A stretch of DNA of 63,035 nucleotides, the filler included, from Sphacelaria rigidula (taxonomy: Eukaryota), in the NCBI GenBank assembly GCA_964200075.2. It is 6 parts of 6 records of this genome, joined end to end, with 100 filler letters (N's around TTAATTAATTAA, not from the genome) between each part and the next. Parts side by side here need not be neighbours in the genome. Positions count along the whole stretch, not along the records: positions 10,524 to 20,946 come from CAXNAA020006516.1; positions 21,047 to 31,469 come from CAXNAA020006517.1; 4 more parts are not named here. One strand, written 5' to 3'. The notes below the pieces were generated by a model that was not told the origin of the DNA, made no database searches, and saw nothing but the letters and a program-made list of their open reading frames with translations. The position numbers were made by a program, and so were the translations under genes. The number at the start of each line of letters is the position of its first letter. The first letter of the stretch is position 1. Shown in pieces: positions 12,657-26,348 of this stretch.

Positions 12657-13318
12657 GTGCCTTGATTCAAAGTCATGTGTATTGTTTGTTTTGATGGAAG
12701 ATAGCGTAGTGCTGTACATGGCTGTGATGTGTTATTGTGGAGTGCAGTGCACGTAAGCTGTACGGTAGTGGGATTGCCATGTAATATGTACAATCTCGAG
12801 CTTTACCGGCTGGTAATCCCACCGTGTGTCAAATCATTAATTTCGTTTGCATATGGCATGAATGAACCAGACCGTATCGGCGAAATCGGCTAGTTGAGGA
12901 GGTCATCCTGAAACACCTAGCTCAGGGATCCGCTGAGTATGTGTCTCGATGACTCGTGTCCCTGTGTCCGGACTTCATTGTATCAGGATTGTGGTTTGCT
13001 GATGAAAAGTTATCCTGAAAAGTGTTCTGAATCTGTCCAAACCTCCTGACCTGAATCTATGCAAACTCAAATTTCCTTAGCTGTGACTCCCAAGGCGAGG
13101 AGAGGAGCGGTGGACGCCTCACTCCAGATCCCACGACTCGTCGTCGTTCAAAAGCTTTAGCCGAAACCTTCCATGATATGTTGAGTTTGTATGCAGAGCG
13201 ATGTTGCCGTGAATATCACCACCCATACGTCTTCTGTTCGACTGAATTTCTTGACGGATTATTTGCAAGACACTCGCCGATAAGTTCCGAGCGACAGCTT
13301 GTTTTGTTCCCTCCTCGC

Positions 13319-13356
13319 CGAGATACGACCAACTTGATTGGATTGGTCGTATCTCG
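13319..13356. repeat. Perfect 14-bp-stem hairpin
   Basis: CGAGATACGACCAA-N10-TTGGTCGTATCTCG. Confidence 0.9.
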
Positions 13357-14008
13357 TTGAGAAAAAAACGGGGGAACGTTCGGAATGATCGGCAAGTACA
13401 GTACGTTGCAAATCGTGTAGCGGATCACCAAACCTCCTGCCCAATGCACCAGCTTCCATGTACAAGTATTGTACAGAACCCCCGCGGTACCCGGGTCTGG
13501 TCCCCACGTTGGTCGCATGTACGCGTACCACATCTGTGTTCGACGTCCCGGTTTCAGGCCGTGGAGCGCGCATGTGCGGATTGTATCATTTTCCAGATCA
13601 AGGGGACCTGTAACGTTTCTTCCAAAAACCATACCCCCCTCCTCCCTTCCCCTTCCTCCCTCCCTCCTGATCGACTTTTTCACCCAAAGTACGGAATCCT
13701 CACAGTTGTTTCCAGCCCCAGCACGGAATTGTTCACGCCTGTTTTCATCCAGATATGCATTTCTCACCGTCTAAGGAACGCGCCCAGGCACCAGAACATT
13801 TTTTGCTGGCAAGATGATGAGCCCTCACAGTTATTTCCGAGCCAAATACGGATTTAGCTCAGATCGACAGCCCCCAACAGAGTTGCACCTGCCAGTTTTT
13901 GTTTTTTGCACACTTGAAAACGCCTCCAAATTTTCGTAGATGATGACAGATGTCATGGGTCTTCGGGCTGTGCGCTATGTGCATGACCCTCAGTTCTCCA
14001 AAGCAAAC

Positions 14009-16286
14009 CGGTGCTGTTTTCCATAATATTGAGGCATTCCCATGTGAAACTCGGTGAGATTTGTAAGTTCCAAATAAATGAGTCATGCTCCGCAGTTTCA
14101 TTTTTTTTGCGCTCAGAGCAGAGGTCATCGTGGGAAGAGGGGTAGTGACAGTCAGCACGGGGAGCTGGCTTGACGGGCGACCTGCTGTGGTGGAAAAGGC
14201 CGTACCGCGCACGAAGTACGTCACTGAGCAGATCGCATGCGTTTGCTACTGAAAACCTGCCTCGCACCAGGAGTACAGGACGAAATGGGTGCAGGGTTCC
14301 CTAGATGCGGGCCTAACCTCGTTCGCATTGGTCTTGTACCGCACTGTATCTGTGTGTAACATTGCGTACCAACTGCAGCAGTGACGCCTTGGGCGGTACT
14401 ACCTGCTCACCGAACAGCGGCAGGGTGCAGGGCTGACATGGCATGCCACAGCACGTGACATCCTCAACTCATCTCTGTGCTGTATTGATTCCCCTCTGTC
14501 TTATGCAGTGCGACGCAACATGAAACGCCGACACCTCGTCGTTCGGCATCTCTGTACGTAAGATACCACCCCTCGCTACGCCACGTTCTGTACTGCTGTC
14601 TGGGTTGCAGCGGTGAGCTGTGTTGGTTTAGGTCAGGTGCAAAACATGTACATTTTCCGGGCCGCGACAATTAATCAGTTTCGTTTGAACTCGCGGGTGG
14701 CGCAGGTGGGGTGTACTCGACAGTACTGTGCACTGCACGGTATGAAGCTTATACATTGCGCACCCTGGACAAAAGATCACACTGTCAAAAGTGTACTGCG
14801 TACGGTATCGACTATTTCATCTAGTGTTGTAAACAATAAGTACTGTACTGCACGCAGTTCACTTTTGACAATTTAACATGTTGTTTAGGGTCTGGTATAT
14901 GACCACATATAATGTGACGCGGTGAGATAATCAAATACTGCGCAACACATGGGCGAAGTGGAAGTGGGGCAATCACCAAAATATTCACGTACAAACCCCA
15001 TGTCGCTGTACTATAAGTTGATACCGCTAGAAGAATATCACCATAACAACCCCCATGACTGCCAGACTGTCAGCACACCCGGTCCGGAAGTTCTGGTACT
15101 GTCTGTGGGGGGACGTTGTCCCCTTGCTAGGTACGCCAGAAAAGGTCCGTGGCAGAACCCACTGGTCGCGGTAGAGGGGCTCAACCCTTTGGGAACCCTC
15201 CTCTCCCGTCCCCGGTCCAGACACGCCTCATTATTTTAAGCGCTGACGAAGAAGAAAAAATGAGGAGAAAAATCACTGACAACAACCATTTTTACGGCGG
15301 AAGGCCACAGAAGATTTCACTGACGTACGTCATGCTCGCACCAAAAATGTCGTCCCGGTGCGGTCGGATTAGTCTTGTCGAATGAGGGGACGAAACGGGT
15401 CAAGTATGTTCATCTTTGTGCACACAGCAAAAGCCAGTACCGCGGCCTCTGGATCTCGTACAACAAAAATCAGCACCACCTGTATATTTTCTATATATAT
15501 GGTCCCGTGTGGCACTGCGGCACACTTTTATACAGGTGACGCACCCCACCGGAATATTATTGTGCTGCAGTCCAGAGGTCGTACCCGCCGAACACTTGGC
15601 AAGCGTGCTAAGCCACATCACGGAAACAAAGTAGTATGGCCGAGCGCACAGAAATCCTCTCACCACACGTGAAAGGATTGAGGTGCGATACAGTATTTAT
15701 GCGATTCACCCGCCAGTTGGAAGCGGTCGCGGATCTGAAAAACACGCCTTGGGTAACATGGTGGTCCTCGGAAGCTGCAAACAACCAACCGTATGTTGTT
15801 GAAGAAACAGCACCTCGAAATCAGCACTTTTCCGTTGCCGGTGCCAGAAGGGTTAACCTAGGGCTATCGAGCGACTTGAAGCGGGAACGCTCGCCCCCCA
15901 ACCCTCAGATATATAGCGGAGCCTAAACGATGCTTCTTAGCTGGGTTTATCCGAGCACTCATCCATAACTGGACGAAGATTTATGACGAGGCCGGCAGGA
16001 TCCGTTGCTGCCCGAGTGCCCGACTGATACCGTGCCCACTATAATCGTCATCAGACAGCAAGTGTTGGGGAAAAAGAAAAGCACATGCATTGCTGGCATC
16101 CACCGTTTCATTGCAGACCGGGCTCTTCGCGCTTTGAGTAGCTGCAGCTATGGCTGTGACACCTCGCTGTAGTACCAATCTACCATCCTCCAAGTTTCGG
16201 TATCATGACAAGCGAAGTGCGGACTATATGACGCCCACCGTTCCAAAACATCGCCTCCGTATTATGGAAAAAGCAGCAGCACTGAA
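14009..16286. mobile_element. Copy 2 of the ~1.6-kb TIR element, with a ~0.6-kb internal insertion (~15200-15830)
   Basis: Colinear with 5997-7610; ends TTTTCCATAATA / TATTATGGAAAA. Confidence 0.7.
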
Positions 16287-17428
16287 ACAACGGCAAGCAG
16301 CGGGTATGATCGATTGTAAAAACGAATTAATTAGACCATCAATAGACGCGTTACGGGCAAAGTAGAACGGACAGATGGGAGTAGAATGGGTTTGGAAGAA
16401 GAGGGGGTGGAGTTTGTCGCTTCTTCAGGGCTGAATACCCCCCCCCCCCCCTCCCCCTGCGTGGACGACCTCCGCGATTTTGCGAGAGACTGTTGCTCTC
16501 GTACTTCACCACTTCTCACGTTTCCAAGGCAATGAATATAGTCTTGGGATTATCAGCCTTTTATTGCAAAATATTTGGCGGATTTGCATACACCTCGTAA
16601 CTGAAGAAACACGGAAAAAATGCTCAAAATCCCAAGCAACTCGACTGTAGTACGAACTGTGCCTTGGCAGCTGTGATCGGAATACTGCTGTGTGCTGATA
16701 TCACATGCAGAGGTCTCCTGCGCTATACAGCCTCCTGGGAGAATGAAGATGTGTTTATGCACGTAATGCACAGACCATGAGAAACTCATTGCAAAAGTTT
16801 GGCGGGAATACATCCATGCCGCGTATGACATGAGTGGCAAAACTTGAATAACCTTGCAAATGCCGGGGAGGACGGAGCGTACTTGAATTAGCTTTGGTAC
16901 ACAGCCCGCGCGCGTTCAACACCAGGTGTACAGCGTTGTGCTGGCTTTCGAAGACGAAATTCAAAAGCTGGTCAACAGAATGTGAGCTCCAAAATGAGTA
17001 CCCAAATGACGCGATATTTGCCTCAAGTGCAACATGCAGCAAAAAAGTAAGCCGAAAGTATAGCATGAGGCCCAGAGGCCGACGTTGGATTCGCCAGCGA
17101 GGTCCATGTGCGGCGAAACCGGCGCAATGTATTTTGTTATTTTTAGTGAACATTTCAGCCGTATCTTCCGGTGCTCAAGCACCCGGTGCAGAGTTCATGT
17201 TTTCCCTGCAGTGCTCACACAGCACCTTATGAGACAATCCAGCGCGTGCTGTATTTCCGATACAAATATGCTAAAGTTTTTCGAGTTTCATCGTGATAAC
17301 ACCGTTGCTGCAAATAAAGAATCTATTTACGGCATAATGAAACCGCGAGCAACAAAAATTATATCCCCATTTTTGTGAAGCCAAGATCGTAATCACGGCC
17401 TTATAACGATACCAGGAGTTCCTTAAAC

Positions 17429-17660
17429 CCTTTTGGAACCGTTGATGGAAAAGTGACGATTTGCAAAATGCGAACTTTCGTCACCGGGGAAACGTCACTT
17501 GGAGTTCGGTGCACGAATATGTCGCATTAGTATACTTCAACTGAAAGTGGTGCACCGTTTTGATGGACTGCATTGTCAACACTCGGACAAAAACAATCAT
17601 ATCTTGCCCAAGGAAACGTCAGTGTTAATCGTCACTTTTCCATCAACGGTTCCAAAAAGG
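17429..17660. mobile_element. MITE-like element with perfect 31-bp inverted repeats
   Basis: 17431-17461 is the exact reverse complement of 17627-17657. Confidence 0.75.
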
Positions 17661-18349
17661 TCTTCAAATGGATTAGAGTTTACAAGCACGAGTATTCTGT
17701 GGTATCCGTACTCGGGGGTACGCTGGAACACCAAGTGCTTTCGGTGCAGTAGGTGGACATATATAACGCCGGGTTGCTGATGCCTGATGAGGCGGTCTTG
17801 TATCGAAAACGACCGACAATCGATTAGGGGCCGTTCAACCTTGTGTCGTATAAAACGTCGTACTACAAGGCCGAACCGACCTCTGGTTGGGTCAACAAGC
17901 GGCAAGCGCCATTAAAGTTGACGGAGAACAGAACTACTGTAGTATTGTATTACGTTATCAGTATCTATGTGGCTGTCGCAGAACTTCGTGCGCAGGACAG
18001 GCCCTTCAGATTTATGGTCAGTTTCGGCTAAGACAAGAAAACCGTCCTTACGTCCAAAGAGGGGTGACAAGGGAATCTAGGAGGCCTTATAATTCAAATG
18101 GCCTTATAGAAAGCGGCTTGATGTAGGGTCACCTACTGTAGTCTGCAGTACTCCGGGCACTCTGGAATACCCAGTAGTTCGGAGAGGCGGTCCTCCAGGT
18201 ACCCAGTAGTGTACTGAGTACACCGAGTATTTTGGGAGATGGTTACTCCGGGTACTCTGGAGTACTCAGTATGTTTGGCACCCGGTAACCCGGCTACTCC
18301 CGAATATCCAGTATTTATTGCAGTCGGCACTTGGGGTACGGAGGAGCCA

Positions 18350-18616
18350 TGCTATGGTAGGGGTTGCCCATTCGGACCCGAACCTTTCTCGTTCAGGGGC
18401 TCCTGAAGTTATGAGCTCAAGCTTCAGGAGCTACCCGAGGGTATGAGTCAGAGCATTCCCGTTTCAAATTCATTCGGGATATCCCTTGCTTATTGGAATA
18501 CTAGTCGTAGCGCCCTCTGAATATTCACCACACATTTTTTTTTGGATTTTTCGATGACGTACACAGCTCCTAACAAATCGAACCTCGGAAAATATTGGTG
18601 CACCCCTGCCGTAGCA
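18350..18616. mobile_element. ~250-bp foldback module (ends TGCTACGGTAGGGGTGCA); further copies at 19062-19311 and 51241-51481
   Basis: Inverted termini and conserved interiors (TATGAAAATATG..AAAGTAC.CCAGGATTACTACTCCAA in the latter two copies). Confidence 0.7.
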
Positions 18617-19717
18617 CCACTCGGAGTATTTTACTGAGTACACCAATTTCGACACCGAGTACTAGGGCGTGGCTGCTCCGGATATTCCGAAGTATTGATT
18701 CCATGAACCCTGAAGGCTCCTGGAATACCTACGAAATCCTGCTCTACTCCGTGGATCTTTATGCGAGGGCTGCTGGCATACCCTACCCGTGTGTGCGTGA
18801 AGTGACGGTATATTGCGCGATCGTATCTGGATTGCATAATGGAAAATGACCATCGCGTTTGTAAAATGCTAGTATATATTGTGTCACCTGTCGAGGAATA
18901 TCGATCGTCAGTCATGTGCGCTGCGATGTGGAGAATTGACCCCCGAGTCCTGAATCGTAGCCAAAGTCATCTTGATTATCCGTGACCTGGCAGGATCCCA
19001 GCACTTTCCTCCAAGAGAGAAGATGATTAAGGCAGCTTCCTACAGTTCTGGAAAAGAGCGTTGCTACGGTGGGGGTGCACACATATTTCATGAGGTTCGA
19101 ATTGTCAGGAGCCCTTGTTCTCACCATGCGAAACACCACCTATGAAAATATGTGAAAGTACGCCAGGATTACTACTCCAACGTGCTAGGGATATCTTGAA
19201 TGAATTTGCAAATGGGGATGCCCTGACCCATAGTCGTGTGCATCTAGAATCGTTAGGAGCACCTGAACTAGACGAGATTTCGCGAACAAAGTGCACCCTA
19301 CTATCGTAGCATTGCTCAAAATCTGTGTTGGAAGTTGGAAGTTCGTTTCGCCATTTCCCCCCTAAAACCGTTTGTTGTTGGCCTTTTTCTTTGAGAAGCG
19401 TTCTCCGATATCGGAACTTTTTTTTACTTCAGAAACGTGCCTTCGCCGCTTACGCCGCTCCTTATAGACCGAAGAAAGTCTCCGAGAAAAGTCACTTTGG
19501 ACGACTTTTCTCAGATATTTTCCCCAGAGAAATCAGTTTCCAAAATCCCACCTTATAGTCCATGAAAAAATCCTGGGGATTTGTACACCCGAGACCATCA
19601 TCTAGCCTGCGTGCAAACGGTGGTGGTCATCATTTGCATTGTATGCCTGTGCCACCTGCTGTGAACTTGACACGTAAATAATCCCGTCGAGGTATAGGAT
19701 AGGATAGATGGGATGGC

Positions 19718-19718
<1 letters not shown>

Positions 19719-19790
<72 letters not shown>

Positions 19791-19802
19791 GCTCACACAC
19801 AC
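19719..19802. repeat. (AC)n(GC)n microsatellite
   Basis: About 29 AC units followed by about 8 GC units. Confidence 0.95.
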
Positions 19803-20279
19803 AGTAGCTACTGGTACAATGGGGATCGAAATGACAGGCGTATCAACCCTTACTTCAGTCGATCGCTGCTTGGTACACTAGTCGTGTCGCAAGCGGTGCA
19901 GTGTGTGCAGCCGACGGCTTGTGCCATACCGCACACAAGATGACCACGTGACTGTTAGTGCTGTAGCAACCGTACCAGTACACAGAATACTACAGAGTTC
20001 GCAATCGGTAGCAGCGGGCACCACGAGCATGAGACGACACGAGCAGTCAACGCAGCCAACAGGGGCTACACCAGTCTATTTTACGGCAGTAACGCTGCCG
20101 GCAAAAAAACTCTGTACCGTTTGTACCGTCTGTCCCTGGTTCTAGGGTCATGAAGAGTATGCACTCAGTGCTGCAGCAGCTATGCTGTTGCCACGGTACT
20201 GTTATGCTCGTGAATGAAGGCCTAACAGACCAAAACTCTGTTGTCAACAAAAAATGAAATCAAGGCGGAGGGATATTGA

Positions 20280-20505
20280 AGACGTCATTGACTGGTCGGA
20301 CCTGTCCTGAACCTCTGCTGAACCTCTCCCGAACAGAACACACGCTCCATTAGTATGCGACAGCTGTAATGATTTCATCGCATTTTTCTCGAGACAGGAA
20401 GCAAACCGGCCTGTGGCACTTGACAGCCCCCCGCACACACACTATATCTATTCAGTGACGCGGGCGGATTTGCTCAATTCGCCACAGCGGATCCGACAAG
20501 CCCCA
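20280..20505. repeat. Dispersed repeat, second copy at ~23408-23640
   Basis: Shared CGAACAGAACACACGCT, TTAGTATGCGA, ACAGGAAGCAA.CCGGCCTGTGGCACT, TTTGCTCAATT.GCCACAGCGGA. Confidence 0.75.
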
Positions 20506-21046
20506 GAACGTTGAAGAAAACGCGTTTTTTAGGGCTGTGAACTGGACCAGTTTGTACTGGCAGTTGAACTGGAACTGGTGATGAGCACTCCAGTTTATCC
20601 AGTTTATTTGAAGTTTGCCGTTATTGGCTATGTTTATACCATTTTTAGTATAATGAGTTTATAACAAAGATGTTGGCTTATAACGAATAAAATGGCGGTG
20701 AGATTGGGTTCTGCATCTGACAACAGTACAGGTACAGACAGTACAGTACAGTACTTGCGGTCACTACACCTCGAAGTGATATTGCGGATATATGGCAGGT
20801 TTGTCGTTCCATAGCACATCTCGAATAAAAAATGGCAAACAAACAGTAATCCGCGACCACAAAATACAAAGTACACCATGGTTTGCAATTCAACTGCGGG
20901 CGTGCTTGTGGGTCCGGACGTGAATCATTTTGCGCTCTTATCCCCGNNNNNNNNNNNNNNNNNNNNNNNNNNNNNNNNNNNNNNNNNNNNTTAATTAATT
21001 AANNNNNNNNNNNNNNNNNNNNNNNNNNNNNNNNNNNNNNNNNNNN

Positions 21047-21281
21047 GGACACTTTGCGTCACCCCACAGAGCAGAGCCTAGTCTGCTTTCCAGATTCGCT
21101 TGGCTCCGAGGGGTCGAGATTGGCCGCTGAACAAAAATCAGTGCGCAAAAATCTGTGCTTGCCGACCCCCGCCAGTTTGCTGTGTTGGCGGTTTTCTTGA
21201 TTTGGGGGTCAAAAGATGGGTCTAACGTCTCAAAAGTGAACAATCCGTGGGCCAAAAATCTGTTTGCCATAACTTCCGGCC
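21047..21281. mobile_element. Truncated copy of the GGCCGGATGTTATGGCAA MITE family
   Basis: Ends TTGCCATAACTTCCGGCC-TAA; cut by the contig edge. Confidence 0.75.
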
Positions 21282-21834
21282 TAAGAAACACAGGAAGGCC
21301 GACGAAAAAAGCGCCGTACGAATGGCTGCAAACAGGTAACAACAAACACAGCGTCTACGATTGTTGTTGATTGATATCGAAGCAAATAAAGGCGTGCGAA
21401 AGAAGCGCCGGGCGGTGAGCTGCAATTTTTTATTGTTCTTGCTTACGCTCTCACTGATTGGACGCCTACGCTGAAGGGAAAACTAGTGGCGTTACCGCTT
21501 CAACGTGAGTGTGTCGCACATATACTTGGGTCAACGTGGAATCTTGTCCTCGTCCGAGGTGAACGGTGATGGAAAATCATCGCACAACCTGATCAACATC
21601 ACGTTATTAGGTGTTTTGCGCAATACAGCCACACATATACAGCAACGTGGTCCAATTAAACTCTAGCCCGAAGGAAACAGATACGCTCTTCGTGCGTTCT
21701 GGTGTCACCTGTGTCCATCCCGTGTATGCATGTATAGTTGAAATTTCCGTTTTTCAGAATTAAATTTTCGTTTTTCAGGATCAACGTGTCAGATCCACCA
21801 TCAGGGCTCCGCGTATTGCCTATTACGCGCATAT

Positions 21835-22738
21835 AGTAGTCAGCATTAGAAGTTCTGAGAATTCGTAGTTGTTGTAGTTTTTGAGTTTTTCTCAAGTATT
21901 ATTCTTCTTTTGCTACTTAAAAGTGCTAGCGCCGGTGAATTTAGGGGGAGAGCGTAGCCCGCGCTCAGACTGCAGTGCCCAAGTTGGTGTTTTTGGGGCG
22001 ATACGGACTAGATACCCCGTCTATCAGGCGGGTGTTATTGACCGTTTTTGGTCCATTAAAATCAGTTTTCCGGCTCTTTCGCAACGAAATAGCAAATACT
22101 CAGATGAATAAATACGTTAGGAGTTCTTGGCAATGACGATCGAGATCGCGTTTCCCTCCTATACTGCACAGACCTCTGTCTAGCATTTTTTGCGGATGGC
22201 CTCTTTTTGTGGATTTTTCGCATGACATTTTCCATGAGCACTCAAAAGTGCTAGCGTCGATAGTTTTGGCAAAATAAGCAGACCGTGCTCAAATCACAAT
22301 GCGTAAGTTGGTGTTGTGGGGGCGATACGGACTAGATACCCCGTTTATCAGGAGGGTGTTATTGACCGTGAATGGTGCAAGAAACATAGTTTTGTGGCTT
22401 TAGCGCAGTGAATAGGTGAAATAAAATAAAAACACTCCTTTTTGAGTCTTCGTTTATATGATCGAGATCGAGTCGGCCCACCGAAAATACCGAAAAACTA
22501 TAACCTGGGGTCGCACTTTCGCAGGACCCCCGAAGATCGGTCAAGCCCTTAAGTCTCGCAATATTGATCGCAGATATTTCTCCTTTCAATATTTGTCAAG
22601 AGGATAAAAATGTCCCCAGATACCCTCTTTGAGGCATCCAACAGTCACTGTGATGAGCGGTGGCAAGCGAAACAAATTCGGAAAATCTTGGGGAAACTAA
22701 GGAATTACGAATTCTGGATACTTCAGACGCTGACTACT
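21835..22738. mobile_element. ~0.9-kb inverted-repeat element with an internal direct duplication
   Basis: Imperfect ~36-bp inverted ends (AGTAGTCAGC..GAAGT..AGAATTCGTA.TT); GGGCGATACGGACTAGATACCCCGT occurs twice inside. Confidence 0.55.
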
Positions 22739-25700
22739 GTACTTTCAGGCACTGACTGCTTGGGTCGAAGGTCGAATCTCGCTCTCGTCGAACGTGAACG
22801 GTGATGGAAAGACACTGCACTACCTCATCAAGCTTTCGAGAATGAAAAAATGTCGCAGGGTGACGTGAAACTGAAGGGGTTTGTTAAGTGTACTGTTTTA
22901 AGAGTAGGTCTAGTTTTCCCGCTTGCACGGAAGCGTTTACACGTAATCTTAGCTAGACATATATATATATATATATGTATACTGTATAGAGAGGGAGGGA
23001 GGGAGGGAGGGAAGATGGTCCCAGAGAATCCCTGACCTTTTCTTTCGAGTTTGCAGTAAATTGCGTGCAAACTCAGTGTGCATCACTTCGCTTAGCAGTT
23101 TTCAGTTTTCGTGGGTACATGCTCTTCATGGTTTGCAAGTGGCGCACGCTGGCAGCCGCCACTGCTGCTATATATGTAAACAACGCCCATCCTGTCCTCC
23201 TATCCATGCTTTCGCAGTCCTGGTACTTTCGGGGCAAGGCTGGCACGTCTCCAGCGTGTGTTGACCTTGCATGTCGCATTGTCTCAGCTATACATGCTTC
23301 ATTTTTTATCACTACAGTACTGTTGTGGGGGTGAACGGGGGTCATAACGACCAAAAACCACACCTATTAATAGAATAAAATAATAAGAAACGCGGAAGAA
23401 CAAATGAACACGTCATTATGCTGGCCGGACCTCTGCCGAACAGAACACACGCTTCATGAATAATTAATTCGGTTTTAGTATGCGATAGCTGTAGCACTTT
23501 CATCGCGCTTTTCTCTACACAGGAAGCAAGCCGGCCTGTGGCACTCCACAGCTCCCTCCTCCCCCCCCCCACACTTACAAATTCTAGGGGATTTCGCGAG
23601 TAATTTGCTCAATTTGCCACAGCGGACCCCAAAAGCCCCCAAAATACACTTTTCTGATACATTTCGGTTTGGTGAGGCGTTTGTGTCACGTGTTGAGGAA
23701 TTCGCTTGCGAGTCTTCCTACGATAGCCCCCACCCACAACCATCCCGAAACCGTCACAAAGGAAATGGTCACACAGCGCCTGGTGTTTGATTTCAGGCTG
23801 TATCAAGCCCCTATATGGGCGACATTGGCGAACGCGAACCCAAGCGTGGGAATTCCCGGCTGCTCGTTGTGCTCGGCTGTTTTCAGCTTTTTTTATTTCG
23901 ATTTACGTGAAGATTTTGTCTCCCCACGCCAGCCATTTTTTTGGGGAGGTCTATCGTAGAAAGACTCTGGCGCAGTTCCCTATAACAGTTTGGGTGTGTG
24001 GGAGGCGCACGCAACAAACCGCAGTCCGATCCTCTGTTTGGTTGTTGAGAAATCCGTGACGGAAGATTAGCACAACAACATACTGCAACAACAGGGGCAC
24101 AACAACAGCACGAGCAGCAGCTTATATCCTCCAGTTGTTGTGACCCTGTGTACAGATGTACAGCAACGTCAGTCACAGGCTCGTCGTCGTAGAAATGTAA
24201 TGTGGTAGTCGTATGTTTTGTTTGAGCGTGGTCGTTATTTCGAGTGACGCGTGTACTTGTAATTGATCTGATTGGCTCGTTTAGGCTGCATTGATTCTGT
24301 AGACAGATGCCGGTGCACACTTTCCCGAAATATAGTGCCCGAAATCGGCCACCATTCACCCCAATAACTGTGGTGTGTGTGGACTGTGGACGCATTGCAA
24401 AGAAGGTTTAGATTGCCTGAGCTGCGATATCGTCGTTGTATTCGTCCCTGCAGAAAATAATGCTAGTCGGCACGCTGTGCTGTCTGCACACTGTTGAAAG
24501 CTTCATGGTGTGTTGCCTGTTTCGTCTTACGTGAAACGAACAAGGCGCTGCCCGCTGCTGCGGCACTCTGTTTGGCTGGTGCTGTGCGTTGGGGCAACGC
24601 ACTGTACTGTACTGTACTACAGTTGTACTGTACTGTTGTGTTGTGTTGGCAGCACGTGAGTGCGGGCGTGATTGGTCTTGAGATTAGACCGCACGAGCAC
24701 TAGGTTGTAGACTACTTTCCTGGCATTTCCCGAGTAGAATGGAGCAATGTGATTGGTAGTTACGAAGTAAATGCTGTCCCGCTGCAAATTCAGCCTGCCA
24801 GAGGACAAAGTCCGACCTCTAGTCTAGTGGTGAAGTCTAGGTTCGTGGATATAGTGTGGAGTACGCAAAAGTTGTCACACTGGTGCCAAGGAGGGTGAAC
24901 GTCTTACCGTATGGGGACCAGATATCTAGCAGACTGTTGGTCGTGGATAATGACTCCTCGTAGAGATTGTTTGGGGGATCAGAATCACAGAACCCGAGGA
25001 AGATGGAGGACGTGCTCCCCGCAAAGTCACCCAGAAAAAGTCGAAAGTTGCGAGGATTTTTTCGTGTACAAGCCAAGCTCTCGCATAACTATCTATTAAT
25101 CGAACGGCAAATAAAGTAAAAAATTCAAATAAACGTCTTCAAACCGGATGATAGAGCTGAAATATCACGTTCCCATATTGTGAAGAAGGAAAAGATCCGC
25201 CAACGTAAGCCGATTACTGTACGCGTCGACTACTCGCATGTAAGAAAATGCCTTGAGCCGGAACATAATTATCCTGAACCGGAGCGATTTTCCCGAAACT
25301 TGAATATATAATTATGCCCAAACGGAACAAAACATCTGTGAACCGACACTTTCTTTCTTTTTTTTCAAACGGCACGTGATGCACCGAGAGTGAGCCGAGG
25401 GGTAAGCGGTTTGACTCGATCATCTGGCTCGGCGGATCTTCTCCTGCCGATATAGACGTGCACGTGATCGGGCTCTGCCGAAGACAACCACACACCACCG
25501 TCTCGGAATAAATCACTCGCAAAAGCGAAAATTCTCACGTGAACAAATCTGAGCGGGGCACATCTCTCGGATGACCATCTAAGGACCGATTCAGGAACAT
25601 GCACGCGCGGCAAGGACAAATGTAACGCCGGTCATGTGATAGTCCCTCGAAAATGTTGATCCCTGAACCTATACGCAGTATTTGGTATGTATACACCGCA

Positions 25701-25931
25701 ATCCTTTGCCACCCTTTGAAGGCAAGGGACAAAGTTCTTCTTGGTCGTCACACACACATGTGGCGATCGGATAAATCGAATATTATTTGACAACTGAGCA
25801 CACATAGGCAAAATAGTAGTACATGACGATGGATATTCAATTTGTGCGCTCATGGCATAGACCTTACTGGGGATACCAAGGAGGGCAATTCTCAGCCCCA
25901 CCCCCCCCCTCCACCGCCCCTCCTTTGCCAG

Positions 25932-26348
25932 GGCTGCTGACACAATCCCCGAATCCAGGAACATGACACCTGCAAGCGCCGACAACACCACGGAAGTCGG
26001 CATTTCTGCTGTGAACGACACTGCCGTGGCTCTAGAGCCTTTCCGGAGCATCCAGGGGATGGGACCCGCGGTCATCGAATCTTTGATTCAATTCGCGCGC
26101 GCAGAGAGCAATCGCGAGGTGGTGGATGCGCTCGCTTCCGAGGTGCGATTCGCCCGCCCTGTACGGCGGAGAGTCGGGAAATTCGCCAGCCCGACGGAGT
26201 TGGCGTCGACTGCGAGGACGGGGCGGGGTATTGGTGTGGCAGACGGTACGGCTAAGGGTGATGGGGGAGAGGGCGCGGGCGGAGGGGGGGGAGGCGTTGG
26301 AGCTTGGGTGGAGGGGAAGACCGTGGTTTTTACAGGCAGTTTGACTAG
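25932..26348 (+). CDS. ligA: NAD+-dependent DNA ligase, penultimate exon (last HhH motif, linker, start of BRCT)
   Basis: tttgccag|G...AG|gtaag; FRSIQGMGPAVIESLIQF...NREVVDAL and EGKTVVFTGSL match the LigA C-terminus. Confidence 0.85.

Noticed and set aside
16570..16610. VYANPP, resembling an N6-adenine methyltransferase motif, on the minus strand
   Set aside because: Short motif bracketed by stops, with no SAM-binding motif recognised; would need an HMM hit to revive
17784..17815. Hammerhead ribozyme-like CTGATGA...GAAA (also ~12999)
   Set aside because: Stems I-III cannot be formed convincingly
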